Positions 20,058 through 30,736 of a DNA stretch of 64,000 nt are shown here, one piece after another; the stretch's first letter is position 1, and the number at the start of each line of letters is the position of its first letter. Source of the DNA: an uncultured virus (IMG/VR IMGVR_UViG_3300008108_000113). Its lineage: Duplodnaviria > Heunggongvirae > Uroviricota > Caudoviricetes. The translations under genes and the position numbers were made by a program. The notes beneath the pieces were generated by a model, which worked only from the letters and a program-made list of their open reading frames with translations, had not been told where the DNA came from and ran no database searches. The stretch lies in the IMG/VR virus record IMGVR_UViG_3300008108_000113. The stretch is one strand, 5' to 3'.

Positions 20058-21878
20058 ATGACATTTATAACATTGCCAGTTGGCTCACTTATTAAATTTA
20101 ACGATGTTGCCCTTTCTGAGCATAATAGAAATCCAGTCGGAATAGGCTATAATAGAATTGAAAAGTCTCAAAGAATGAGTAACGGAACCCTGCGTAGATT
20201 CTTTATTGCAGATAAGAAGACCATAAGCGTTTCTTGGAACATGCTTCCATCATATGCAAATTATACAGTAGATGGTGGATATGGAGCGCTAGATCTCAAA
20301 GCATTTTATGAAAGCGCTGCACAGTCTACATTTAATGTTAAATTAAAAACAGGCACCGATACTGGATTTCTGAATACTACTATGGTATTTTCATCATTCT
20401 CATGCGAGCTTATGAAAAGAAATGTTTATTCTGATATGGATTCTAAGCCAGCAACAATTACTGCCGTAACACATAATGGCTCCTCTATCACATATACTGC
20501 CGCAAATTCTTTTGCGGTAAATGATGTGGTGACAGTAACAGGATTAGACACAGAAGCCTACAATGTTTCTAATGCTACAGTAACATCAAGAAATAGCACT
20601 TCATTTACTGTTGCAAAATCTGGCACCACCGCCTCAGTAACAGAGGCATCTTCCAGCTTAACAGCATTTACATATTATGCAAGTAATACATTCTCGGCGG
20701 GAGATGTGGTAAGTATATCTGGATTTAAAACTGCTACTATTACTGCCGCAACAACTGCAGCAGGTAAAATAACTTATACTGCAGCAGGACATGGATTTGC
20801 AGTAAATGATGTAATTAATGTTACTGGTATCTCAGAAGATTCTTATAATAAATCTAATGCAGTAATTACCAATAAAACAGATAATACATTTTCTATATCT
20901 GCTGTTGGAACAGGAACACCGACATTTGTTGGCGCAGCCGCATCAATTGTTTATAATAAAACAAATGTAGATATTGTTTCAGCAACGGATTATTATTTTA
21001 CTGTGGCAGATACATCAAATCCACCAACGGTAGTTTTAACAACAAGTGGAACAGCGACACTTTATTCAGAATCAACACAATTCCCTGTGACAGGATTTGA
21101 GCCAACGGTTGGTACAAGCGTTAAATATACGGCGGCAAACCATGATCTTGAGGTTGGAGATACTGTAAGTATATCTGGAATTAGATCAACTGCTACAATC
21201 ACATCTGCAGCCAAGCTTGCAGGAGATGATGTAATCTCTCCAAATGGTACAATAAATTCAGTAAATCTATTAAACAACGTTGCTACAATATCTTTTTCGG
21301 ATACATCATTTAGTACATACTCATGGAATATTGGCGATTCAATTACTATATCTGGATGTAGCAATTCAGTATTTAATGGAACCTATACGGTAAGTGCTGT
21401 TCCTTCCGCTAGTTCAGTCTCATTTGCAAAAACTAATACAGATATAGCCTTAGACTCATCCGCAACTGGGTCTGCAGTAAACAATACATGGTCTTCTGGA
21501 ATGATAAAGTATACAGCCACAAATACATTTGCAAAGAACGATATAATTTCAATTTCTGGAATAACTCCTTCCGAGTATAATAATTCTTCTGCTAGAGTAG
21601 CTTATGCGACATCTTCGTATTTCCTTGTCCCAGGAGACATATCAGTCAAATATAGAAAATCTGGTTCAGCACTAAGCATATTTAATTTATCCAATGTTGT
21701 TGTATCTGCAGTTACTAAGGACACATTTACTGTGCCATTTACTTCAGCAGCGGGATATCCTGTAACTGGATTATCTGCAGTAACTGTAAACAAACATGTT
21801 AACTATACTGCATATGCAAAAACTGTTGCTTTGCCGCAGGAATTTTGGACGGTATCCTTATCTTTGGAAGAGGTATAA
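20058..21878 (+). CDS. Distal tail (Dit-like) protein with inserted beta-repeat domains
   Basis: N-terminal RMSNGTLRR..IADK...SVSW and C-terminal FWTVSLSLEEV bracket about 6 repeats of YT...F..GD.V.ISG...YN; directly follows the TMP. Confidence 0.7.
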   Translation: MTFITLPVGSLIKFNDVALSEHNRNPVGIGYNRIEKSQRMSNGTLRRFFIADKKTISVSWNMLPSYANYTVDGGYGALDLKAFYESAAQSTFNVKLKTGTDTGFLNTTMVFSSFSCELMKRNVYSDMDSKPATITAVTHNGSSITYTAANSFAVNDVVTVTGLDTEAYNVSNATVTSRNSTSFTVAKSGTTASVTEASSSLTAFTYYASNTFSAGDVVSISGFKTATITAATTAAGKITYTAAGHGFAVNDVINVTGISEDSYNKSNAVITNKTDNTFSISAVGTGTPTFVGAAASIVYNKTNVDIVSATDYYFTVADTSNPPTVVLTTSGTATLYSESTQFPVTGFEPTVGTSVKYTAANHDLEVGDTVSISGIRSTATITSAAKLAGDDVISPNGTINSVNLLNNVATISFSDTSFSTYSWNIGDSITISGCSNSVFNGTYTVSAVPSASSVSFAKTNTDIALDSSATGSAVNNTWSSGMIKYTATNTFAKNDIISISGITPSEYNNSSARVAYATSSYFLVPGDISVKYRKSGSALSIFNLSNVVVSAVTKDTFTVPFTSAAGYPVTGLSAVTVNKHVNYTAYAKTVALPQEFWTVSLSLEEV

Positions 21879-21881
21879 TAA

Positions 21882-24014
21882 ATGCCTACAGCTTTAGAAC
21901 ATGTTTTTTATCAAGACCATGCAGTAAGAATTAATCCTGGATGCATGATTGAATATAATATGAATGCTTTGATTGATGGAATATCTGTATCAAACGTTAC
22001 AGTAGATTCTGGATACACTTCAGACTCTGCATATAGATCACAAATTACTCACGAAGATTATTCTACATTCCCTCATGGATCAGATGTATCTTATGAGACT
22101 GATGGGCCCATACCATTTAAAAAATTATTTCCTCTAGAATCTGTTGTCCAGCCATTTAGACCGTCATCCTGTGGAATAAAATATTCAATACCTGGAATCG
22201 GAGATAACCAGTCCGTTGGAACTGGAGGAGATGTTATAGAGGCGTATAATACCATTCCATACCCTACAAATAAACCAAGAATCTATTATCCAGGAATATC
22301 TAATGCTTATAAGTATTGGGTCGGAGCAAAAAATAAAAACATTGCATTAAAGGTAACATATAAGCACGATTCTGTGTCATGGGCTGCAAGCAAAAAAAGC
22401 GGTTCAATTCCTACTGGCAACAAGCATGCTTTAGCCAATAAAATAGTTGTTAAGTTTGAAAAATATCACTCTAAGCCAATTACTGCATGGGTATCTATAA
22501 CTAAATCAAATGGAGAAGTTCTTCCTAATGTTGCGCTACCAGTTAACGATTATGGTTCTGAATGGAATGGAGAATTAATTCTTTATTATAATGGGACGGC
22601 ATGGAGTAAGAATGAGCCAACATCTTATTTAAATACACAAGAAATAAAGTCTATACAAGTTAATGCCTTAGTTCCTCAAGGAATAACACCAAGTGCTGAT
22701 ATAGGGGTAATTGAAATATCTGCAAGATGGGTAAAGGATATATCCTCCGACATTATATCAATGTCAATTAATCAATCCTCATCTGCAGAAGATGGAGCAA
22801 TGCTACCAGTTGGAATAGTAAATTCAAACACCCTTGACATGCTTTTAGCAAACTATAATCAGGTAGCATTAGCAACTCAAGTTTACGAAAGAACATCATC
22901 TAGCTTTGACGCAACTAAATTATATATGGTTAAGAATGCAAAGCTGACACCGTTTTTTAAGGTATACCATGCTAATGGCATCATAAGTCCAACATATGAT
23001 CCATATGATAAAATTTTACAGGGAGAATTTTATATAGATACCTATGAAATTTCAGAACATGGAGACTATAGGATAACTGCCCTAGATGGCTCAAAACAAT
23101 TAATGGAAACATTTTGCCCAGATATACTTTGCACAGACTACCCTTCTATTACGGTTATGATGAGATTACTTGACTCAATAGGTTTTACAAAATATAACTT
23201 TAATATTAAAAAAACTAATGATATAGATGATTCTATAATTAATTTAAACCACTGGTGGACTGAAGATACACAAACAGTTTGGGAAGCACTACAGGATTTA
23301 TGTAAAGATAGTCAGACAAACGCATTCTTTGACAAGAATGGCGTACTTCAGATTTATACCAGAAATGCAATTTATGATACATCAAGAGAAATTAATTGGG
23401 AGTTTTTCCAATCACAAGAAGGAAGCGCACTTCCAAACATTATGTCATTTGCAAAGAATGAAATTCCTTCTGCAAACTCAGTAAAGGTTTTATGGCAGAC
23501 TCCAATATCAAGCACTTATATTGGAGACTCTGCTCCACTTTGGACGTCCCCCGCCTACTCTCTTGGTGCAGGAGGACTAGGGGAAAGTATAACAGCGGCT
23601 GGAGTAACAGATGAAAGCGAAGAGTTCTTAATAAACCTAGAAACTATAGACCCATATTCTAAGATAGAATCTTTCTATAGCTATAACGGATTTGTTTTAA
23701 TTGATTCTGAGATAATAGAATATGATGCAATTGGATATCAGTATGTAAAAAAGAATGGAGATTTTGTCGATAATGTGTGGATAACTTCTGCTTCTGATTT
23801 AAATCAATATCGTTATGACTCAAAGCCTGGCGCAGCAGACTCTACTAAGTATCAGGAAACAGCATTCTTCAAACCCAATGGCAAGTATAGAATTAAAAAA
23901 GATAACTATGGCAAGCTAGTTGGCAGAGGTGCTTTAGGTACAAAAGCAGTAGCACACTATACATCTGAAGAATCCAAAGCAAACTCTTGGACCGTAAGAG
24001 AGGTTACATTCTAA
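21882..24014 (+). CDS. Tail tip/baseplate hub protein, part 1 (putative)
   Basis: GEFYID, ITALDGSKQL and TVWEALQDLC..FFD.NG.L hub-like motifs; synteny. Confidence 0.65.
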   Translation: MPTALEHVFYQDHAVRINPGCMIEYNMNALIDGISVSNVTVDSGYTSDSAYRSQITHEDYSTFPHGSDVSYETDGPIPFKKLFPLESVVQPFRPSSCGIKYSIPGIGDNQSVGTGGDVIEAYNTIPYPTNKPRIYYPGISNAYKYWVGAKNKNIALKVTYKHDSVSWAASKKSGSIPTGNKHALANKIVVKFEKYHSKPITAWVSITKSNGEVLPNVALPVNDYGSEWNGELILYYNGTAWSKNEPTSYLNTQEIKSIQVNALVPQGITPSADIGVIEISARWVKDISSDIISMSINQSSSAEDGAMLPVGIVNSNTLDMLLANYNQVALATQVYERTSSSFDATKLYMVKNAKLTPFFKVYHANGIISPTYDPYDKILQGEFYIDTYEISEHGDYRITALDGSKQLMETFCPDILCTDYPSITVMMRLLDSIGFTKYNFNIKKTNDIDDSIINLNHWWTEDTQTVWEALQDLCKDSQTNAFFDKNGVLQIYTRNAIYDTSREINWEFFQSQEGSALPNIMSFAKNEIPSANSVKVLWQTPISSTYIGDSAPLWTSPAYSLGAGGLGESITAAGVTDESEEFLINLETIDPYSKIESFYSYNGFVLIDSEIIEYDAIGYQYVKKNGDFVDNVWITSASDLNQYRYDSKPGAADSTKYQETAFFKPNGKYRIKKDNYGKLVGRGALGTKAVAHYTSEESKANSWTVREVTF

Positions 24015-25729
24015 TGGCTTATACACAAAACGTAATAGACGGCGGTGGAGCTCCTGGAGACCCAGAAATTTATTTAACCGTTTCTCAAACAGCAGATACA
24101 TCTGTTCAGCTTTCCGTATTTGACGGAGGAACCGTACCAGAAAAATATAGAGTAATTTTTCAAAGACAGAAGAGGGTTGCAATAAGCGAAAGAAATGCAT
24201 ATTATGAAAATGTAGGTAGTCAAATTATAGTAGACATAATACCTCTGACGGGAGTTAAAACTTTTTCTGGATTAATGGCTGGCGGAGTTTATAATATAAC
24301 ATTTCAAAAGGTAAATGGGAGTTCTGTTCAAAGTATATCCATACAATATTATTTTACAATGTCTACCGTTTCAGCAGATGGATCTTATGTTGCAAAGCCA
24401 ACTGATCCAACTCAAGTATCTCCAAATAAATCATATTTTGAGCTTAGTAGCGCATCTGCTAAGATAAATAAGTTTGTGGTAGCGACTAGACAATTTGATT
24501 CAACCCCAACACCAGCTGGATTTTTTGCAGGCGAAGTATACCCAGGAGGCACTTATCCAACATCTAGTAATAAATATTATGTATTTGGAACAGCTCTTTT
24601 TATGGAGCCAGTAAATGAAGCTCCACATCAATCATCAGGTATTGGATTCTTTTTAAACGCTACTGCAAAATCGGGATATTATCTTAAGGTAGAATCAACT
24701 GGATCCGCCGCATCTGGAGATAGAAATACTATTAATATATATTTTGCCGACGGAACAAAGCTTAATAAAATAGCAGACTCACAAATGGATCCAGTAACAA
24801 GGCTAGATAAGGTTCTAGGAGGAAAATTTTATTGTATAGATATAAAGGTTAAAGTTGATTATGCAAACTATAAAGTATTTATTGATGCTTATATAAATGG
24901 ATTTAAAGTATCTGCAACTCACACAATCTCAAGCGCAACAGCCTGGAAGAACCTTGTTTCAAATCATACTGGAATTTTTTCTGAACAAGGCAAGACATTT
25001 TTTGACTATGTATATGCTAAAAGTATTACTGAAAAACAGTATAATCAAATAAAGTCAAACGTTAACTATTATGCTGGGCAATTTTCTAACGATCTGCTTG
25101 ATATTAATTTCGGAGAAACATTTTACAATTTTAATTCTGATGATGATGATTATGCTAAAAGCGAAGATTCAGTAGAAGAATTTGGCAAGGTTGTTAGAGA
25201 AATTGCTTATGTTAAAACAAAATTCTCCGCTAGGCCTTCATTCCCAATAAGATGGTCAGTAGGATCGAATAAGTTTGCTAAAATTATTGCAAGCAAAACA
25301 TCTAATTTTTCTGCAGAGGCATACGTTCTTAATACGGCCTCTACATCAATACCATTGCAGTCAAGCAAGGGAGATTCATTCTATTTATTTGGAAGTAAGC
25401 TAAGCTCATCTGGTCAAGTAGAATATACCACAGACGATACAGATTTATATACAACAACAGAGCCATTAGTATTTACTTCTAGGTGGATTCAAAATAAAAC
25501 GGATGCTAAGAATATAGCTGAGTGGATTAAATCTAAATTTATTAATAGAGGACAAATTATTAGCATGTCTGTATTTGGAAATCCTATTCTATCTATAGGG
25601 GATATAGTTACTATAAAATACCCTTATGAAGGTCTCGATGGAACAGCAGCAAAGAAATTTATAATAACTAATATAACGCAGTCATTCGACCAAGGATTGG
25701 AGACCACCATACTTTGTAGATCATTGTAG
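24014..25729 (+). CDS. Tail tip protein, part 2 (putative)
   Basis: Coupled TAATG start; C-terminal SRWIQ...A..IA.W...FGNPILSIGDIVTI hub signature. Confidence 0.65.
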   Translation: MAYTQNVIDGGGAPGDPEIYLTVSQTADTSVQLSVFDGGTVPEKYRVIFQRQKRVAISERNAYYENVGSQIIVDIIPLTGVKTFSGLMAGGVYNITFQKVNGSSVQSISIQYYFTMSTVSADGSYVAKPTDPTQVSPNKSYFELSSASAKINKFVVATRQFDSTPTPAGFFAGEVYPGGTYPTSSNKYYVFGTALFMEPVNEAPHQSSGIGFFLNATAKSGYYLKVESTGSAASGDRNTINIYFADGTKLNKIADSQMDPVTRLDKVLGGKFYCIDIKVKVDYANYKVFIDAYINGFKVSATHTISSATAWKNLVSNHTGIFSEQGKTFFDYVYAKSITEKQYNQIKSNVNYYAGQFSNDLLDINFGETFYNFNSDDDDYAKSEDSVEEFGKVVREIAYVKTKFSARPSFPIRWSVGSNKFAKIIASKTSNFSAEAYVLNTASTSIPLQSSKGDSFYLFGSKLSSSGQVEYTTDDTDLYTTTEPLVFTSRWIQNKTDAKNIAEWIKSKFINRGQIISMSVFGNPILSIGDIVTIKYPYEGLDGTAAKKFIITNITQSFDQGLETTILCRSL

Positions 25730-25753
25730 TTGATCAAATGGTATAATAAAAAA

Positions 25754-26131
25754 ATGGTAAAAAATATCCCGTCAGAACAAGTAACCCGTGGGTTTCCAGT
25801 TGTCCTTCCAAAAAACAACCCCGACTTATTGTGGCTTAATCCAAGGGAAGTTCTAATTGGAGAAGCTACGGACACAGATAATTATTTATCTGCCCCATTT
25901 ATTGGAACAGAAAAATACTCAACAGCCTCAGACCCAGAGACTGACCCAGATGATGACGACAAAGATAAGGTGGATTTGACGGATATTGAAAATATAACAT
26001 ATACAAAGTATTATGATTCTGTGACAAAGGCAACAAAATATAAGGCGGTAATTAAAATTAGAAATTCAAGTTCTGATAAGTCTAATGTACGGGGGGTTGA
26101 CGCAAGGATATATAATCCTGGCGGAGCATAA
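25754..26131 (+). CDS. Hypothetical tail-module protein
   Basis: ATG is 6 nt after TGGTATAAT; lies in the tail operon. Confidence 0.65.
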   Translation: MVKNIPSEQVTRGFPVVLPKNNPDLLWLNPREVLIGEATDTDNYLSAPFIGTEKYSTASDPETDPDDDDKDKVDLTDIENITYTKYYDSVTKATKYKAVIKIRNSSSDKSNVRGVDARIYNPGGA

Positions 26132-27070
26132 ATGATAAAGGGTACATATATATTCTATGAGGACGGTCAAGAGATATGCCGATCTAAAAACATACTAACT
26201 AAATTTGGCAAGCGATACCTGACCAATGTTATAGCTGGAAATGTAAATGCTATATCAAAAGAGGTTGCAATAGGAATAGATTCTACTGCAGCAACAGCAA
26301 ATGACTCTAGATTAGGATTTGAGTTTTATAGAACTGAAGTAACTCTTTCAAGCACTGATATACAGCAAGACGGATTGGACTCAAATAGTCAGCCAATATT
26401 TACATACTCTGCTATATTTAAAACCACTATACCACAAGATATATCTGGAATTATTAAAGAGATTGGTCTTTATCCCTCAACAAAAACTGGAACCAATAAT
26501 TATGATAGTAGATTTATATCTGACTTTTCTAATCCAGCAGACTGGGTAGACACCCTTGGCTCACCAGCGCAAGAGGTTACCTCTAATGCAAGAATTGGAG
26601 ACTTCTTAGTAGGAATGTCTTCCAATAATAGCGCTGCTAATGAATACAAGACAAATGCACTATTAGACTTTTCAGGATATAGCTCTGCTGATACGCTTAC
26701 AGTTGCATATAGACAATATGATTCAAATCTTTCATCTTTTAGAATTAAGTTTTATACTACTGATACAGACTATTACTATGCACAAATTTCTAGCTCTACA
26801 ACTGGAGATAAAATTGCAGAAGTATCAATGAATACATTATTTTCAAATGCGGTTGGTAGTCCACAAAAAAATAACATTACTAAGATAGGAATCCTAATAA
26901 CGCCGTCCAGTGGGATATCACAAGTCTTTTTTGATGGAATAAGAATAAATGACGAAGATACATTTGACCCAATATACGGTTTGATAAGCAGATCTATACT
27001 TTCAACTCCGTTAACAAAATTAAACGGTAGACAGGTAGATATAGAATATAAGCTGGATTTGAGCTTCTAA
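26132..27070 (+). CDS. Baseplate/tail fibre attachment protein (putative)
   Basis: NILTKFGKRYL, AIGI....A...D.RL.FE..R, IKEIGLYP and IEYKL, as in fibre-anchor N-terminal domains. Confidence 0.65.
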   Translation: MIKGTYIFYEDGQEICRSKNILTKFGKRYLTNVIAGNVNAISKEVAIGIDSTAATANDSRLGFEFYRTEVTLSSTDIQQDGLDSNSQPIFTYSAIFKTTIPQDISGIIKEIGLYPSTKTGTNNYDSRFISDFSNPADWVDTLGSPAQEVTSNARIGDFLVGMSSNNSAANEYKTNALLDFSGYSSADTLTVAYRQYDSNLSSFRIKFYTTDTDYYYAQISSSTTGDKIAEVSMNTLFSNAVGSPQKNNITKIGILITPSSGISQVFFDGIRINDEDTFDPIYGLISRSILSTPLTKLNGRQVDIEYKLDLSF

Positions 27071-27071
27071 A

Positions 27072-28961
27072 ATGGCATATCAAGATCTACTTAAAGATAC
27101 TTCAGAAATCAAGGAAGACGGAAATTACTTTCTGGTTACCGTCACAGATCTTGAGCCAGCAGAAACTTATCCAATACAATTTAGATGGCAGTATAAAGAT
27201 AAAACTTTTAGTGAATGGTCATCTGTTAAAAAGTTAGTTCTTCCAGGAGAATCTGGAGTTCCAGTTCCTTATATATTTAGCGGTGACTTTAAAACAGCAC
27301 CAGGCAAAATAATAATTTATTGGAATGGTAAAGATTCTAATAACGTAGACATGGTTGGAGTAGACCGTGTTAATATATATCTAGAGGATGCAGACGACAC
27401 CTTTGGAGATGGATCAGATCCAGTTGCATTTTTTAAAGTAAAGGGAACAGTATCTATTGCGGTTCCCGCTGGAACATACAATGTTACTCTAAGATCTGTA
27501 ACCACAAGAGGAACCTTATCTAACTCTACATCACCAGTCACATTAACTGTAGAAGATGGAACACCAATAGAAGCACCTACATTACCTACAGGACTTTCTG
27601 CTTCAGCCGCACCGTTTGCATTAACTGTTGCGTGGACAGGGGCATATGCTAGCCAAACATTTTCTGGATTTAAAGCAATAAATATATATGCAAGCACAAC
27701 AGATCTAGGCTCTAATACCACTACAAATTTATCCACTAAGCTTGTTGGATCAATGACGGTAGATCAAACATCTAATAAAATAACGATAGGGCTTGACGTA
27801 CTAAAACAAGTATTATCTTTAACATCTCAACAAGCATATGACTCCTCAATATATCTTTATTATTTAGCAGTAAATGCTAATGGTATTCCCTATCAGGTTA
27901 GCGGTACAACAACTTACACCAGAATAAATTCAACTGCCATTGCCCCAACAAAAGCCAATCTTATAGACTTAACAAACGGACTTATATCAATAGAAAACTT
28001 AGTGGCTGGTAATGGACAATTTCAGTCATGGCTAAGAACTGGAACTGCAGGATCTTCTAGAATAGAGCTTTCATCCGCAAATGTAAATTCTACAGAAGCT
28101 GGTGGATATGCAGTTCTTTCTGGCCTTACTGTTTACAACAGTGCAAACTCTCCAGTATTTAGAGCAGACCTAGCTGGTAACGTAGCATTTGGAGGATACA
28201 CTCCAGGAGACATAGATTCTATATCATCAACAGCATCAGGAGCACAATCAACAGCAACAGGAGCTGCATCAACGGCGGGAGAGGCGCTTACCCTAGCTGG
28301 AACAGCAAATGATAGAACTAAGAATACATTTAATTCTGATGGGTCTGCAATAAACAGAGCAGTACAGCTTGCTTCTGGATTAGGTGCAATTTATTCAAAT
28401 AAGCCAAGCTGGGAAAGCTCAAATACTGGATGGTATCTCGGCTACAACGGAACAACACCAGTAATAGATATCGGAAGCACAGATAATTATGTTCGTTGGG
28501 ACGGCACCGCATTATCTGTTAAAGGAGTAGTAAATGCCACAGGAGGATCATTTGGATCCTCAACTACAAAATGGGAAATAGGTTCTTCTGGAATAACAGC
28601 AACTGGGAACGCATTAATAGACATGGGAACAACAGGCGCACTTGAGCTAGGAGATTTTTCTTTAACTGCATCTGGTACTGTTTTAGTTTTAACAGAATCT
28701 GGAACAACAAGAAAAATTATAGAGACAGATAACGCTGGAAGCAATGGTAGAATATTTTTAGGATATGAAGATGGATTAAACTCTAGACAAGTTCAGGTAA
28801 GAAAATCTGCTCAGGTTGCTGGAACAGAAACTACAAATTCTGGCGGACTTAGAAATATGTTTACTATATCAGAAGGAAACTTCGCAGAAGCAAGCAAAAA
28901 TATATATTATACATCTGCAGAAAATGGGGCAGTGCTTTTAGTCTGGGATCAGAATTCTTAG
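27072..28961 (+). CDS. Tail fibre/spike with FN3-like domains
   Basis: VTDLEP..TY, APTLPTGLSA...LTVAW FN3-like patterns; Gly/Ser/Thr-rich beta C-terminus. Confidence 0.65.
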   Translation: MAYQDLLKDTSEIKEDGNYFLVTVTDLEPAETYPIQFRWQYKDKTFSEWSSVKKLVLPGESGVPVPYIFSGDFKTAPGKIIIYWNGKDSNNVDMVGVDRVNIYLEDADDTFGDGSDPVAFFKVKGTVSIAVPAGTYNVTLRSVTTRGTLSNSTSPVTLTVEDGTPIEAPTLPTGLSASAAPFALTVAWTGAYASQTFSGFKAINIYASTTDLGSNTTTNLSTKLVGSMTVDQTSNKITIGLDVLKQVLSLTSQQAYDSSIYLYYLAVNANGIPYQVSGTTTYTRINSTAIAPTKANLIDLTNGLISIENLVAGNGQFQSWLRTGTAGSSRIELSSANVNSTEAGGYAVLSGLTVYNSANSPVFRADLAGNVAFGGYTPGDIDSISSTASGAQSTATGAASTAGEALTLAGTANDRTKNTFNSDGSAINRAVQLASGLGAIYSNKPSWESSNTGWYLGYNGTTPVIDIGSTDNYVRWDGTALSVKGVVNATGGSFGSSTTKWEIGSSGITATGNALIDMGTTGALELGDFSLTASGTVLVLTESGTTRKIIETDNAGSNGRIFLGYEDGLNSRQVQVRKSAQVAGTETTNSGGLRNMFTISEGNFAEASKNIYYTSAENGAVLLVWDQNS

Positions 28962-28967
28962 GTTTAT

Positions 28968-30734
28968 ATGTCAATTAAATTAAGATCTGGATCTCAATGG
29001 AAAAATGTTAATAAAGCATACCTTAGATCAGGCGGAGCATGGAAGACTATAACTAAAGCTTATATAAGAAGCGGCGGAGTATGGAAAAGCATCTTTGGTT
29101 TTCTTGCACCTTCAAATGAACCATCAATAGCACAAACAGTAACATTAACAACAAGCTCTTCAACTATGCCAGCCACTCTTACTGGAACTAATTATAGATG
29201 GACAAATGCTACAGTACTAACATATAAATTTCAATACTATAACGGCTTTCAATGGTTAGATGGAAATGGATCTAATGCAACTGGAACTATAACCAATCCT
29301 TCTGTTGGCTCCTCTAATACAAAAACATATACACCAATTATAGGAGATTTTCCATCTTCTTCAGCAACATCAACAGGATCATTTAGATTTGTTGTGACTG
29401 CAACAAATACTAATGTATCTCCATCGCTACAGACTGTTTCTACAAGTAGTACTGTAACTATACAAAATGTTGTATCCCCAGTAACTCCAACAATTACAAT
29501 GGGTTCAAATACTGGAGTTTCTCAGACAGCAGGAACGATTAATTGGACCTCAACAAATCAGAGCTCTTGGTCATCAACGGGTACATTTAGTGGATCTGGA
29601 ACTAATGAAACATCTGTTTCAAAAACGGGGCTTACTGCAGGAACTACTTATACTGGAACGGTAACGGTAACATCTTCTACTGGAAATACAGCATCTGCAA
29701 ACTATAGCCTTACAACAAGTGCTGCAATTTCTCCGCCTTCTAATATATCTGCACCAGTGCTATCAATTTCTTCAAACAACAATATGTCAGTGACATCAGG
29801 ATCATGGAATAACAGCCCAACATCCTATAGATATAGATGGTATCAAACAGACCCTCAGCCAATTACTCTTTTAAGGGATGTTACAAAAGCAGATACTTCA
29901 GACGCCTATTCAGGATCATATCTAAGAGAATATTATGTTGCAGTTACTGCAAGTAATGCTGGGGGATCTGCATCAGCTAATTCAAATACTATAGTTCTTG
30001 AGCCGCCAGTAGTACAATATACAATTACATGGAATGCAAATGGTGGCACTGTATCACCTACATCAACAACAGTTAATTCTGGACAATCTGTTACAGCACC
30101 AACTCCAACAAGGGATGGATACACATTTAGTAATTGGAGAAATCCAATTTCTGGAGATTTATACTATACTTATCAAGCAGGGGCTGTATTTACTCCAACA
30201 GAAAGCTTTACTCTTTATGCTATTTGGACGGCAGCAGTAGTAGTTCCTACAGGTGGATCCGTTTCTCTTACAGGAGGCAGCACACCAGGTAGCGTAATTA
30301 CAGCTTCAACTTCAGGCTGGTCGGGGTCTCCTACATCATATAGCGTAGTTATAAGAACCGCTATTCATCCATCTATTCCTACTGCAACTAGTGACATAGT
30401 ATCATTTTCAGTGGGAGGAGCATCAGAATGCACATATACAATAACTACATATGATGCTACTGCACCAGTAAATATATTTAAAGCTTTTGCAACAGCATCT
30501 AATTCAGCTGGAAGCTCCTTAGTTGTTTCTTCTGGAACAATTTCGGCAACCCCAGCATCATCAACTCCACCAGCATCAAGTCCACCAGTAGATCCGCCAA
30601 CTCCACCAGTAAATCCACCAAGCCCACCAGTAAATCCACCAAGCCCACCAGCAAGCCCACCTTCTAATTGCTTTGAGCCTACATTCAACTGTCCAACTGG
30701 AACATATTGGGACTGCGACAGGTGTATAGGATAG
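28968..30734 (+). CDS. Fibre/adhesin-like virion protein with Ig-like and InlB-B (Listeria-Bacteroides) repeat, Pro-rich and Cys-rich C-terminus
   Basis: Three N-terminal (Y)xRSGGxWK repeats; YTITWNANGG...PTPTRDGYTFSNW...TLYAIW; SPP repeats; 4 terminal Cys. Confidence 0.7.
   Translation: MSIKLRSGSQWKNVNKAYLRSGGAWKTITKAYIRSGGVWKSIFGFLAPSNEPSIAQTVTLTTSSSTMPATLTGTNYRWTNATVLTYKFQYYNGFQWLDGNGSNATGTITNPSVGSSNTKTYTPIIGDFPSSSATSTGSFRFVVTATNTNVSPSLQTVSTSSTVTIQNVVSPVTPTITMGSNTGVSQTAGTINWTSTNQSSWSSTGTFSGSGTNETSVSKTGLTAGTTYTGTVTVTSSTGNTASANYSLTTSAAISPPSNISAPVLSISSNNNMSVTSGSWNNSPTSYRYRWYQTDPQPITLLRDVTKADTSDAYSGSYLREYYVAVTASNAGGSASANSNTIVLEPPVVQYTITWNANGGTVSPTSTTVNSGQSVTAPTPTRDGYTFSNWRNPISGDLYYTYQAGAVFTPTESFTLYAIWTAAVVVPTGGSVSLTGGSTPGSVITASTSGWSGSPTSYSVVIRTAIHPSIPTATSDIVSFSVGGASECTYTITTYDATAPVNIFKAFATASNSAGSSLVVSSGTISATPASSTPPASSPPVDPPTPPVNPPSPPVNPPSPPASPPSNCFEPTFNCPTGTYWDCDRCIG
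30603..30644 (+). repeat. 21-nt tandem duplication inside the Pro-rich tract
   Basis: CCACCAGTAAATCCACCAAGC twice, encoding PPVNPPS twice. Confidence 0.75.
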
Positions 30735-30736
30735 AC

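Noticed and set aside
21882..25729. Split of the tail hub into two ORFs as a frameshift or pseudogene
   Set aside because: The junction is a clean TAATG translational coupling, consistent with two genuine genes.
27072..30734. Diversity-generating retroelement or invertible fibre cassette
   Set aside because: No reverse transcriptase, recombinase or template/variable repeat pair was visible in the window.
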